A DNA stretch of 63,505 nucleotides, counting the filler, from Stramenopiles sp. TOSAG23-3 (taxonomy: Eukaryota), in assembly GCA_900128585.1 (NCBI GenBank). It is 5 parts of 5 records of this genome, joined end to end, with 100 filler letters (N's around TTAATTAATTAA, not from the genome) between each part and the next. Parts side by side here need not be neighbours in the genome. Positions count along the whole stretch, not along the records: positions 1 to 12,636 come from LT642674.1; positions 12,737 to 25,367 come from LT642675.1; 3 more parts are not named here. One strand, given 5' to 3'. Positions 9,778 to 20,967 of this stretch are shown here, one piece after another; positions within the stretch are counted from its first letter, which is position 1; each line of letters starts with the position of its first letter. Position numbers and translations under genes: made by a program. The notes beneath the pieces were generated by a model, which was given only the letters and a program-made list of their open reading frames with translations, made no database searches and was not told the DNA's origin.

Positions 9778-12009
9778 CTACTGACAGGAGATTTGAACTA
9801 TAAGAACATCTTGCTCAGCAATAGTCCCAGCAGAAAAAGTAATGTCTGCGTAACCATCGTCGTTCTCCTGCCGAGAACATTGTAATTCTTTGCCAGAGAG
9901 CAAATCTTTGCATGCGAATGCTTGACATTTAGATGGCATGTGGGATTCTATTTTCCCTACCCACCCCCCCCCAGCGTTGTTTGCCAGCGCAACGAAACGG
10001 TTAACTCCATTATTAACAGAAACATGTGTGGTGCTTGTCCAAAAAAGACACGGCAACCCTTCCTTAATTTTAATAGGCTGTGATGGGGAAATGACGCGGT
10101 CGAACACTTCCGTTGCGACGGACGAAAGGCCTTTTCCATTTAAAAACCATGGGACTAGAGAGGTGTAAATAGCACCTTTTCCAAGCGCGCGTTTGACTAC
10201 TATCGGCCTTTTTTCAGGCAAAGATTGGACAACAACTTGGCTGCCATAGAAATCTTCAACTTCCGCAACATTCAACATTTCCACGTGTGCCTCTGGATCA
10301 TTCATAAAATGCCAAGCGCGGCACGTGAAAAAATTACCGGTGAAGGAAACCCCCGAGAATGTTTTGGCTTCGTTCATCCCGACGCTACCTGCAGAAACTA
10401 TGACAGTCCCCCCATCTTCAGCAAAGGCTTCGAGTCGCCCCCTGACCGTTGCGTTTATTGCACCGTCGGAGGAAAGCCAAATTATGATTTTGTAACTTTC
10501 AAAATTTGAATATTGCAAGTCTTCACCCTTGTCAACGAAGACATCTATGATGTCACCCCATCGGCTGTCGGCCATTGGCCGAAATGGGGATGGATCTTGA
10601 ACTTGCCCAGTTTGCCCTCCTTGAAACCAATCGTAAGCTTCCGTCCTGTTCTTGAATTTACCAAACGGTAAGCCCGAAGACGTCGCCCAGGCATCGTCCG
10701 GATTCGGGGCGTAGGTCGTACTAATGGACGAGCGCGCGAACACTGACGGGGGGGGGTTGACATTGTTTGAAAACTCCCCAAACGGAAATGCTCGAAAACC
10801 GACGGTGCCATCAACCCCCGGAAACGCCGTCGAAAAAAACCCATCCACTGCACCACTGCCTGGCTCCGCGTATCCAGGAATATTCGCATAGTTCCATAGC
10901 GTAGTTCCTTGCCCGCCCCTCTTCCAAGCAGGGCGCTCCGAGTAACCGTTGTGTTCGGATAGGACTACTGCAACCGTACTATCGTGCAGACCTCGGTGTG
11001 ACGGAGGCACTTGTTTTTTGACAAATGTACCGAATGCATCCACCTCTTGAAGCAAAGGGAATGGACGTTGCGTATGAGGATCGATGTACCCGCACCCTTC
11101 AACCGTTACGATTTTCGCACCGGCAAAATAAGACAGAAACAATACCCTGCGGTGGAGAGATGCTGGCAAGTTGGTAACGCAACCATCAATCACACCCCAC
11201 CAGAGGCTAAGGTCAATCCCCCACGATTTCGCATTTTTACCTCCTATTCTAGCCTGCTGTTTGCTATTTTCCTGCGCACACGCACCGCGAAGAAAAGACA
11301 ACGCAGTTGGTAACGAACCCACATCATCGTTCACGCGCTCAACTAAAAGGGTGTTTGCATAATCGAGCAATGCGTGAACACTGGAAGGGAAGCCTGGCCG
11401 AGCAAAAAGGTTCGCCCCCTTTGCGCTTCCCAAATACCCAATCGTATCGTGAAACGCTGCTTCAGCATAGCTTTTCCACCCTTGGAAAGCAGCTTCTGGT
11501 GTCATTCGCGTGTTACCATTTGTGTATCCAGCCTGCCGTGCCATTGTTAAAATGTCCGGGGCGTAGCCAGTGCCACCACTATCATCTTCACAAATATACT
11601 CCAAATTGATCTCGTCTGGTTTAATACCCGCAGAAATCAACGTTTCTACTGTATGCGAAATATTTGGTGTTGGCTGTTTTGGTGTTTGGTGCTTCTGCCG
11701 TCTTTTCTGACGCGCCTTCGACCCTACCACAGTCGTATACACCGACCAGTTCAGTTTATTTCGGACCTCTTTGATTGCTTCTAACGTAGTGTCCCACTGA
11801 GAACTTACGCCCAAATAATCTTGCCAAACCAATGTGCGTGCCCACAAAGTGTCCGGTGAGTTCATGGAACTACCACCTGTTGGGCCTAGGCCTTCCAATA
11901 TTATGTAGAAATCCCTCTCGTTAGAGCCATTGCTATCGGTGGCGGCATAACAAGAAGACAACACAGCTAGTACCACCACCACAAACATTGTGCCTGCTGC
12001 CGTAAGCAT
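9778..12009 (-). CDS. secreted protein, possibly glycoside-hydrolase-like (TIM-barrel region plus class-I-GATase-like trimerisation domain)
   Basis: Long ORF with hydrophobic signal (MFVVVVLAVLSSCYA). YKIIIW...LEAFAEDGGTVIV...LGKGAIY resembles the domain that follows GH42-like barrels. Confidence 0.5.
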   Translation of the reverse strand: MLTAAGTMFVVVVLAVLSSCYAATDSNGSNERDFYIILEGLGPTGGSSMNSPDTLWARTLVWQDYLGVSSQWDTTLEAIKEVRNKLNWSVYTTVVGSKARQKRRQKHQTPKQPTPNISHTVETLISAGIKPDEINLEYICEDDSGGTGYAPDILTMARQAGYTNGNTRMTPEAAFQGWKSYAEAAFHDTIGYLGSAKGANLFARPGFPSSVHALLDYANTLLVERVNDDVGSLPTALSFLRGACAQENSKQQARIGGKNAKSWGIDLSLWWGVIDGCVTNLPASLHRRVLFLSYFAGAKIVTVEGCGYIDPHTQRPFPLLQEVDAFGTFVKKQVPPSHRGLHDSTVAVVLSEHNGYSERPAWKRGGQGTTLWNYANIPGYAEPGSGAVDGFFSTAFPGVDGTVGFRAFPFGEFSNNVNPPPSVFARSSISTTYAPNPDDAWATSSGLPFGKFKNRTEAYDWFQGGQTGQVQDPSPFRPMADSRWGDIIDVFVDKGEDLQYSNFESYKIIIWLSSDGAINATVRGRLEAFAEDGGTVIVSAGSVGMNEAKTFSGVSFTGNFFTCRAWHFMNDPEAHVEMLNVAEVEDFYGSQVVVQSLPEKRPIVVKRALGKGAIYTSLVPWFLNGKGLSSVATEVFDRVISPSQPIKIKEGLPCLFWTSTTHVSVNNGVNRFVALANNAGGGWVGKIESHMPSKCQAFACKDLLSGKELQCSRQENDDGYADITFSAGTIAEQDVLIVQISCQ

Positions 12010-12636
12010 GGTGGAGATGGATAGTTGTTTCGGCGACGACTGGGGAGTAACAATAATACTTCTGGTACTCCTCTTCGTTCTTCTGGTAAGGATAAATTTC
12101 AATTCATTTCAATTCTTTTTTATTCACTTGCATCCTTCGTTGAAATGGGAAATTAGACATTTTTACCCTCACCTCAATCAATCAATCAATCACTTCTTGC
12201 TGATATAATTTTGTTTACCCCTTCTTCATTTGTATTAAAAAAATGGTGCTTCCGCTTCGTCGTTCTTCTTCTTCCCCTTCTTCTTCTTCTTTTTTTTTTT
12301 TAATAATAATAATAAAGTTCTTCTTCTTTTCTTCTTCGTTTTGTTGTTGTTATGTTGTAATATTATATTGTGTGGTGTGGGGTGTGCGCTGACACTATTT
12401 TTCTAAAAAAAAAAAAAAGAAAGAAAAGAAGAAGAAGAACGAAGAAAGAAGAAGAAGGAAACAGAAACAAACAAGCGCATGTATCATCAATCATCCAATT
12501 ATAATCATCTCTATCAGAAAAAACATCATCAGAGCAGCACCAACAACTATAATCGTCCGTCCGTCCGTCGGTCGCGACGTCATCATCAGTCGTCAGTGGT
12601 GTCTTGTGATCGTCTCGTCGAAAGGAAGACTTAACA

Positions 12637-12736
12637 NNNNNNNNNNNNNNNNNNNNNNNNNNNNNNNNNNNNNNNNNNNNTTAATTAATTAANNNNNNNN
12701 NNNNNNNNNNNNNNNNNNNNNNNNNNNNNNNNNNNN
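12637..12736. other. artificial contig linker (N44-TTAATTAATTAA-N44)
   Basis: Exactly 100 nt with a six-frame stop core; identical at all four junctions. Confidence 0.97.
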
Positions 12737-13293
12737 GGAGAGAGAAATAGAAGACGAAGAGAAGAAGAAGAAAAGAAGAAAAAAGAAGAAGATGAAAGAA
12801 GAAAGAAGAAGAAGAAAGAAGAAGAAGAAAGAAGAAGAAGAAAGAAGAAGAAATAATAGTTAATTTTATAAAAGAAGAAGAAGAAGAAAGAATAATAAAA
12901 AAAGAAGAAAGAAGAAGAATATAATAATAATAAAAGAAGAAGAATATTTTGATTGTTGTTATGGGGTTTGGTTACTGTACAGTGGGAGATTAATAGTACG
13001 ATCGTGATTGATCCAACAACATCAGACTTTTTTCCATTGCATTTCTCTATATGATGTATTATTCTGTTGTAGGTATTATTAGAGTAATAAGTAGAGAAAG
13101 AAAAACAACAACAAAATCCTTCAGCCTTTTTATTATTCCAATTATATATTACACTATATAATCCGTATAAAATAATAAACACCCCACAAGAAGGAGGCAG
13201 CAGCGGGAAAATGAATAGATGGGAAGGGCGTTCATTCATTCCACGCATTTTGGGGGAAAACCTATTTTATTAAGTACGTTATATCTACAACTG

Positions 13294-13959
13294 CTAAAAA
13301 AGGTTACACATTCCACTCTTGCTATTGGTGTATTTTTTTTCCACCTTTGAATCGAGGACCAAGTGCCACTCGGCTATGGCGCATAGAAGTTCGTCTCTCG
13401 AAATGTTTCCATCCTGATCCAGGTCGCACAATTCGATCACTAAGTTGGAGTCCGATAGGTCCACCCCGATGTGGTCCAAGTGCAGTACCAGCCTACTTTG
13501 ATGATCCTCTTGTAACAGCCGGAGCAACTCATCGGGGGACAGTACACCGTTTTTATCGATCACGTCGTATTTGTCCATTAATTTATCTAGGTAGGTTTTC
13601 TGCTTCAAGTACATGTAGTACTTTGAAACAACTTCTATCACTTCTTCCTTTGTCAGCTCGGCCGGGTGCGGCAGGTGCTTCTTCATAAAGTCAATAATCG
13701 TCTTGGCGTTTTCATACTTATCTTTGTTTTCCCGTGCCTCGGACGACAGGTTGATCAAATTAATCTTTTCAAACATATGAACCATTTCTTTGTGATCTAA
13801 CAGATTGTTTTTGTTTTCATCGAAGCGGTCGAAATAACCTTCTATAACCTTTTCGTACACCCGCTTTCGTTCCATGCGCAGCTTTTCCTTCGCTCGCTTG
13901 GCTTCCCTTTTGCGAACTAGTTGGTCCCGGTGTCTCTTGGAAAACCCATGGTTTATCAT
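13294..13959 (-). CDS. EF-hand calcium-binding protein with C-terminal CaaX (CNLF)
   Basis: EF-loops DENKNNLLDHKE, DVIDKNGVLSPDE and DLDQDGNISRDE; the protein ends KSGMCNLF. Confidence 0.85.
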   Translation of the reverse strand: MINHGFSKRHRDQLVRKREAKRAKEKLRMERKRVYEKVIEGYFDRFDENKNNLLDHKEMVHMFEKINLINLSSEARENKDKYENAKTIIDFMKKHLPHPAELTKEEVIEVVSKYYMYLKQKTYLDKLMDKYDVIDKNGVLSPDELLRLLQEDHQSRLVLHLDHIGVDLSDSNLVIELCDLDQDGNISRDELLCAIAEWHLVLDSKVEKKYTNSKSGMCNLF

Positions 13960-14769
13960 GATAATTACACAGATCGAAGAAGATTGTTTCCCTCCCGTAC
14001 ATCTACTACGGGGACAGCCGGTGTAGCTTTGGTGTAGAAAATAGCCGACAAAATTGTCTAGTAACTGCCGGAAGGCGTTCTTCCGCAGAAAATTACCAAA
14101 CAGACCACGAAAAAAGAATGATAATAATATTATTATATATTATTTTTTATCGTAGTAGTACTAACGGTATCATCCATACATTAATTAGAATATTTTTTTT
14201 CTCACCTTCGGTCCTGGTATTATATTACCTGTAGTACTCCTCGTATACCAAACGAAAGAAACCAACACTGACCGCAAGCTCTTCCATATTTCGTGACTAG
14301 ATAGCTTTTACAGCCAACAGCTTCGACAAATTTATTAGGTATTAATACCAGGTACGGTAAATAAGGAATAAAACCAGGTTCCCTTGTTCCCTTCCTGGCA
14401 TCAAAGGGGAAAGGGGAAAGGGAAGGAGTCGCTGTACTATTGAGGGACCTTACATTAATGTCTGGTGGGTGAATGCTACACATCTTGGTAAAACTTCGGA
14501 AGAAAAAAAAGCTAATAACAGGATAGGAAAATTAACACATAAACACAGGATAGAAAACAAAAAAACGATCATTTTATATAGGTAATTTAACGTACAGAAT
14601 ATGTGTATAGTAAGTGATTAGACTATCAAAACAAAAAAATATTATATATGAAACATATTTCATATTATCGACGATACGAGGAAGAAGTAAATGCAAATAT
14701 TAATAAAGATAACATATACATTTTGATCGTATCATTTACGGGTCCAAAATATACATTTATCTAGGACAA

Positions 14770-16035
14770 CTAATCTCGTTTTTCAAAGTAAGCATGAGCC
14801 AGACGGTTCAACGCATCCTTGGCATTTAAGCGTATTCCTACGTGCCCTTTGGGAACATTGCAATCACCAGGGTCGATTCGAACGACTTTACAGTTTTTGT
14901 GCCTCCAAAGCTTCTCGCAAAGCAGTTCGCTTTCGTCCCGAAGGCTATGCGCTGATGTGCCACACCCAACTTCAAGGACGACCAATTTCTCATTCCTATG
15001 GGCCTTTATCCATTCATGAAACCGCTGCTCCTGTGCACCCTTCCGTTCGTAGCATATATCTTCGGGGTGATCTGTACAGTGAGATATATTTGGCCGGGAC
15101 ACTTGCTTGCATTTAGGGCACGTGGGTATTACGGACATGTTCGTTATCTTCATATCCGCGCCTAATTTCGCGTCATTGAACCATTTGGTGGAGCCCTTGA
15201 CGGGCGGGCAAAACAGGCCAGCAGAGCATGCGACGCTGGCACCAGTCGAATCACTCGCTGAATCACTCGCTGAATCACTCACCGAATCGCTCGCTGCGTT
15301 TTCAGCTTGTCCCCCACTTTCTCCGTAGGCCCTGTAATTTGTGCATTGCAGCGTGTCAACGTTCCCGTGCGATTCAAAAATATTCTCTTCCGAATACCCG
15401 GTCCTCGCAAAGTAGCCGTCGATGTTGGATGTGAAGACAAAGAACGACTTCATGGAGCGGGCAATCTTAAGCATGGAATAATAACCTTCGTGGGGTGTCT
15501 TTTCATCAAAAATTTGCATCATGCGCACAAGAAGTCCCCAAGAGAGGGCCATGTCCCCGTTCCGCTCCGGGTGGAAATTTATCGCTTCCATGGGAATATC
15601 TTTTCCGTTCGCGCGGTAAAAGCCAGCCGGCCCCCTAAATGTAGGGACACCGGAGTCGGCAGAGGCGCCGGCTCCTGCAATGATGCACAGGCAGTCGGCC
15701 GCTTTTATCAATTTGACGGCGTCCTCCACCGCCACACCAGGGTCTGCGGAACAACCAGACCGAGAACTTACCAAAGGGGACACCGTTGGTGGCAAGATTT
15801 CCGGATGAGAGCTCCAGCTGATGTAACTCGGGTCAATATGGGCAGTGTACCAGTGCATGCCAATTGTGTCGCACAGAATGTTGATTCTATCAAAGCATTT
15901 GTCGCACAGCAGAACAGATTTGTTGTTCGGGGGTAGAACGAGCGATTCTTCGCAGCCTTTCGCGGCACAGCAAGTGTACTGTTTGACTCTCTTGTTCGCT
16001 GCTTTTGTTTTTGCCTGACTCTTCCGTTTAGGCAT
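14770..16035 (-). CDS. Sir2-family NAD-dependent deacylase (sirtuin)
   Basis: GAGASADSGVPTFRG, TSNIDG, ESHG, CPKC...RPNI and LEVGCGTS motifs. Confidence 0.9.
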   Translation of the reverse strand: MPKRKSQAKTKAANKRVKQYTCCAAKGCEESLVLPPNNKSVLLCDKCFDRINILCDTIGMHWYTAHIDPSYISWSSHPEILPPTVSPLVSSRSGCSADPGVAVEDAVKLIKAADCLCIIAGAGASADSGVPTFRGPAGFYRANGKDIPMEAINFHPERNGDMALSWGLLVRMMQIFDEKTPHEGYYSMLKIARSMKSFFVFTSNIDGYFARTGYSEENIFESHGNVDTLQCTNYRAYGESGGQAENAASDSVSDSASDSASDSTGASVACSAGLFCPPVKGSTKWFNDAKLGADMKITNMSVIPTCPKCKQVSRPNISHCTDHPEDICYERKGAQEQRFHEWIKAHRNEKLVVLEVGCGTSAHSLRDESELLCEKLWRHKNCKVVRIDPGDCNVPKGHVGIRLNAKDALNRLAHAYFEKRD

Positions 16036-16715
16036 TCTGTTTTGTAGATGCGTTTACCACCCCCAGTCTCTTTCCCCGTGTTGACTACTACCTCTTCGCC
16101 TGCCCTTGTATCCACCACTCCTAAGCTTTCAATATTCACACTACAGGAGAAAATGCTGGTTTTCAAATCATAAAGGTACCGAGTACAATGTTTATCTTTT
16201 GCTTAATATCATATTATGTATGGAAAGCATATTGAAAAAACATTCTGAATATGTAACAATGTGATGATGGAAGAGGAGAGAGAAGAACGAAGATGATGAT
16301 GATAGATATTATTATTTTAGATTATTAATAATAATAATAAGAAGAAGAATGACGACGAAGAGAAAAGAAAAAGAAAAAAGACCAAATAATTATTTCCTCT
16401 CCTCAAAGGTCTTACCTTGAGTACATAATACCTCAATTTATACTTACTACTAATGTAATATTCTATATAGTATATAATAGGTAGATGACTATATATAGAA
16501 AAATAAAAAAATGAATAATAAATATAATAATTAGACGACTAATAATAATAAAGAAAAAAAAATGAATCAATAAATAAAAAATCATCTTCTTCTTCTCTCT
16601 CCTGCCCCCACCTCTCTTCTCCTGCTATTCACTATTTATAGTCGCCTAATAATAATTATTACAACTAAAGGCGTTTTATAAGCCAAGCTCAAAGCTAAAA
16701 AGTAGTACAATCCAA

Positions 16716-17777
16716 TTATACCTCCAGTAAGATCGAGACAGTTGGCCCTGTCCTAGTTCCACCAATGTCTAGAACATCGCACGAAGTAGTTTTCGGACTA
16801 CTTCGGCTTGACCTTGGGGATTTGACGACAGCAGAATGAGGAATACCAGTTTTCTGCAACATATTTACATACTGGTGGTCACTTATCGTTGCGTGGGCGT
16901 GACTATCGCCTGCCTTCTTTGCCAGGGCTGCGCCGGATCGACGGAGCTGCGGGCTTGGATGTGATCGGGCTGCAGCAGTCTTTCGGACAGCGCTTGCCTT
17001 AGCACGTGACTTTTTGACAGGGGTGGTGCGAGAAGCTGCTTTTTTGGTACGCTTTGTTGTTGCCTTTGCTTTCCCTTTCTTCGCGGGAACGCGCTTCCTT
17101 TTCTTTTTGGCTCCATCGGACGGCTTGGCGGCACTGTTTACTATCTCGTAAAACTCGGCCAACAGGGCGGCTTGGTAAATATCTTCTGGCCCCGATTCCG
17201 ATACTATCTTCGTGCCCCTTTTCTTCGGGGCCATTTTAGTGCTCGTCTTGCTGCTAGTTTTTGCTTTCGGGGATTTTTTCCCCGAAGCTGGCACCGTCTT
17301 TACTTTGACCTTGCGTCGACCGGCTTTCTTCTTGGCGCCGCGCTTTCCTTTTGCTTTGGGCGACTTCGTGTACTTGACGTGATGTCCTGCGGCTTCGCGA
17401 ATCCGGCATAGGAGTTTGTCGTGGTAACTTACCTTGCCCCATCCAGTTTCTCTCCGCTTTGGGTCGCCAAAATGATACTTGGCGACGCTTGCAGCAAATT
17501 TACTAGGTGTAGCAAATTTTCCATCAACAATGTCCAGCTTTTGAAAGTACTCCAGTAAATTCGCATCAACGGAAGTTCCGACGGCGGCATTTTCATGAAC
17601 TAGGCCCTTGCAGACGATGTAGCAGTCCTTGTCCAGGGATGCATAGTACCGTTTGTACCCGACGCGTTTGGACCCGTACTTCATCGTAAAGCAGTTCTCC
17701 CCAGGCTCAATATGCCCAGCTGAGAACAGGTCCCACAACGTCTTGGTTTTTTTGTCTTCCTTGATGGTAAACGCCAT
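16716..17777 (-). CDS. RAMA-domain-like protein with long Lys/Arg-rich tail
   Basis: TLWDLFSAGHIEPG...FATPSKFA...TGWGKVSYHDKLL matches the RAMA (MPND-type) pattern. The C-terminal half is basic and H1-like. Confidence 0.65.
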   Translation of the reverse strand: MAFTIKEDKKTKTLWDLFSAGHIEPGENCFTMKYGSKRVGYKRYYASLDKDCYIVCKGLVHENAAVGTSVDANLLEYFQKLDIVDGKFATPSKFAASVAKYHFGDPKRRETGWGKVSYHDKLLCRIREAAGHHVKYTKSPKAKGKRGAKKKAGRRKVKVKTVPASGKKSPKAKTSSKTSTKMAPKKRGTKIVSESGPEDIYQAALLAEFYEIVNSAAKPSDGAKKKRKRVPAKKGKAKATTKRTKKAASRTTPVKKSRAKASAVRKTAAARSHPSPQLRRSGAALAKKAGDSHAHATISDHQYVNMLQKTGIPHSAVVKSPRSSRSSPKTTSCDVLDIGGTRTGPTVSILLEV

Positions 17778-18655
17778 AGTCGATGCACAAAGCAAGCACG
17801 ATGCACAAAGCAAGAAACGAAGTAAGTGTGCAGTGAGAAAGGGAACGAATTCGGTTGTAGACTTGAATAAGGAAAGTAAATGTCAATGACTTTTAATCGA
17901 ATCGTTAATTTATAATTCATATGTTTTCCATTTTTAAAACTATTTCTACAATTGATATTATACTAAACTCTACGTATATCGGGAAACACTAATAACAATT
18001 ATATATATAATTAGACTATTATTATAATAATAATAATAATATTTTAAAAAATAGAAAGGGGAATACAACAACAAAACAAGCAGCAGCAGCATCCAGGGCT
18101 TCTTCTTCTTCTTTAAATAATATAATAATAGGCCTTATCAGCATGCAAAAAACAAGAACAGTCTTTCATCATCTTTTTTAATATAGAAACAGTATTGAAG
18201 TATTATACATAGAACTAATGTGAAGAAAACTAGAAACTCTATCTAAGAAAGAAAATAGATCAATCGACAACAAAGCACATACATAGGAATAGGCACTGTT
18301 TTGAAAAATTAATAAAAAAATCTTAGTCCGTTCGTCCAATAATTTCTTCATAAGAAGGAATTCTTCTAGGAATCTACAAAGTCTTTAAATTGAATGCTGT
18401 ACAATGTATTTAAATATAAGCCCTTCATTTGTCTACTTCCCCAGTAGCTGAAAGAAATTTCCTTGAAAAGGAAGTTGAATTTCTTTATATAGAGAATGTC
18501 AGTATGATTATACTTGTGTTCTGTATACCGTTCTCAATGTTTTTCAAAATAATATAATACTATTTATATGTAATGTTTTACACGCACAATATTTTATTTC
18601 TCTATGTAAATACCGTATCAAATAATTGTACTAACGGCGGTGCCAAATAAATTTC

Positions 18656-18985
18656 TCAAATAAAATCTCCTGATGCGTATCCACTGTCCTCTCGTTGAGT
18701 AAGTTTTAAATTTTCCAGAACGATTGGTTTCGTGATCTTTCGAATAACTTTTGGCGGTTTATCACTTTCATCACTAGAAAATCCAGTATGACTGTCTTCC
18801 TCGTCTTCCTCCTCTCTCCCGCTGTCCTCTTCCGAAGTTTCGCCTACATCGTTTAAGCTTTCGTCTTCCACCGTGTCCGCGATGGGGATAACCGCGCTTT
18901 TCCCCCGGCACAGTCTCTCCTTCAACCATGTGTAGATCAGGCACGGAAGCTTCAGGTAAAAATATATGTAAAACAAACTAGTCTC
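18656..18985 (-). CDS. displaced C-terminus of the Dispatched-like gene (continues 20968-25367)
   Basis: 18906-18985 is the exact reverse complement of 25288-25367. The peptide ETSLFYIYFYLKLPCLIYTWLKERLC continues RGKSAV...GDFI*. Confidence 0.85.
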   Translation of the reverse strand, partial: ETSLFYIYFYLKLPCLIYTWLKERLCRGKSAVIPIADTVEDESLNDVGETSEEDSGREEEDEEDSHTGFSSDESDKPPKVIRKITKPIVLENLKLTQREDSGYASGDFI

Positions 18986-19881
18986 ATTTTACGAATACTT
19001 TTTGGCTTTTTGAACAAGCTCAAGAGCTTGTAAATGTACCATATCGTCAGAAATTCGAAGAGTACGGTCCACAGGGCAAACACGTAGGTTATTGGATCGG
19101 AATCGTTCTGCATGTATCCTGTAAACACCCAAAAAATGTAAAAATGCAAAATCCCAAGGTTTGCTGTAAGCGAGAGCAGTACTATTGATTCGGCCTGACA
19201 GCACTCCTTTAACTTCATTTTTAAAGGAACATCATGGGCGAATCTACGCTTAGAGCCACTACCGAACAGAATCTTCTTTTTTTGCCGTACTTGCGTTGAA
19301 CTATTCTCCGCTTCGCTGTCACTAGAGTCAGAAGAATCTACAGAATCACTATCGTCCCCGAACTCATGCTGATTTGATACTTTCACTTGTTTGTTGCATT
19401 CCTCAAAACAGCTATTGCATACCCTAACAGAGACTAGTTTGCCCCGTATGTCATGGGTTTGCAGCGAATGAAGGCTGCACTGTCCGCAGAAAATGTGGCC
19501 GCATTTGCGACAATGGTGTCGTCGATGTAATGTTGTAAAAACAATATCGCACGAAGGACATTTCTTTGTGGTCCAGTCAGCGTCCCATTCTCTGTCGCGC
19601 CTTAATATGATGTGAAAGTCCGTCTTATCATTCATTTCGCCACTTCCTTTTTTGACCACTGACGATGCATTTAAAGGGTTGGAAATGCTCATGCTCATTG
19701 GAGGATCAGTTGTTGGTTTTACCGCTGCCGTCATCTTCGCCCCTTGATAAGTTTGGGTCTTCTGCAGGGCAGGCATGTCTGCCGAACGCGCCTTGCTGTG
19801 CACGTCTTTTTTCTCGTTTACCTCTACGCCAGTGGCCTCAACATCGATTTCAACATCGCCGACTTCCCTCACCTGGTCCAT
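18986..19881 (-). CDS. FYVE zinc-finger protein with two C-terminal TM helices; true 3' end lost at chimeric junction
   Basis: WDAD...CPSC...RRHHCRKCGHIFCGQCS...RVCNSC is a canonical FYVE. Confidence 0.85.
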
Positions 19882-20967
19882 TTTTCTATTTTGGCGTAAC
19901 ACAGAAGCCCACGGCTGCCTTTGTGTTTGCTGTAAAATAAATCTACCAATCAACGAGTACGACAGGAGGAACACGTGCTGGAATAAAACAGGTTCGCTTA
20001 TTATATAAATGAGATTTTCGCTTCCAATTACTCAATATCGGTATATAATATTCATTATCGTTGTATGTTTAGCGTTAGACCATAAAAACGTTCGTTCATC
20101 ATTTTTTGTTTTGTTTTTGTTGTTGCTGGAATGATTATGTGTAAGATATATACTTTTTTGTATTTATCTTATTATTCAAGTTCTTCTTTTTTTTCTCTAT
20201 CTCTTTCTTTCCTTTCGCTCGTGTCAAATGTAATTATTGTAGTCGTCTAGGAAGAATAATAATTATTCTCACAAAAAAAATACGAACTAACTGATGATAT
20301 ATTGTCGTCGTACTCTCCTCGTATTATTTATTTAATATTCTATAGAATAAAAGAGTATCATTGGCAATCATCTATTTTATTTCATTCTTCTAAAAAATAA
20401 AAGAAGAATGAAATATAAGTGATTTAAATAATAATACAGATATATATCATAGCATAATAATATATAAATAAGTACATATATTCATAGTCTATATTATTAT
20501 AGAGAAGAAGAAATGGAGTAAAATTTATTTATTATTTCATTAAAATTACTAATAGAGAAGAAGAGAAGATGAAGCAAGAATGGCACAGGAGGTGTGGTAT
20601 GTACGTAAGGTGGTGTAGAATAATAGAGAGATATAATGAAATATCACTTGTACACTTGTACATCATATAGAAGAAAACAACTTTTGTTTTTTAACGTTTT
20701 GTGACGGTTCCCCATAAATTAGGATGAACGAGAATGGAAGAAAATCGAGCGTCTTAGTCTCAGTTCAACAGCAGAGATATTTAAAATGTAACGAGTTCCT
20801 GGCAATCGTTGCGTCTTCGTTCTACTAAATCCCCCAGTGAAAACAACCCCTTCTTTTCTTAGAGATGCTTACTGTCATTCTTTACACTTCACACGAAGTG
20901 ATTGACTAAGAATCAAGATCATCACTGACAAGTAAAATTGAATTTCACTGTACATATTGCCGTTGGC

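Noticed and set aside
12637-12736. TTAATTAATTAA palindrome recurring every ~12.7 kb
   Set aside because: Artificial six-frame-stop linker flanked by 44 Ns. Contigs are sorted by size, so neither the periodicity nor gene adjacency across linkers is biological.
15247-15298. 12-bp tandem repeat in the sirtuin gene
   Set aside because: Simple in-frame SDSA/SDSV linker expansion inside the zinc-binding insertion; unremarkable.
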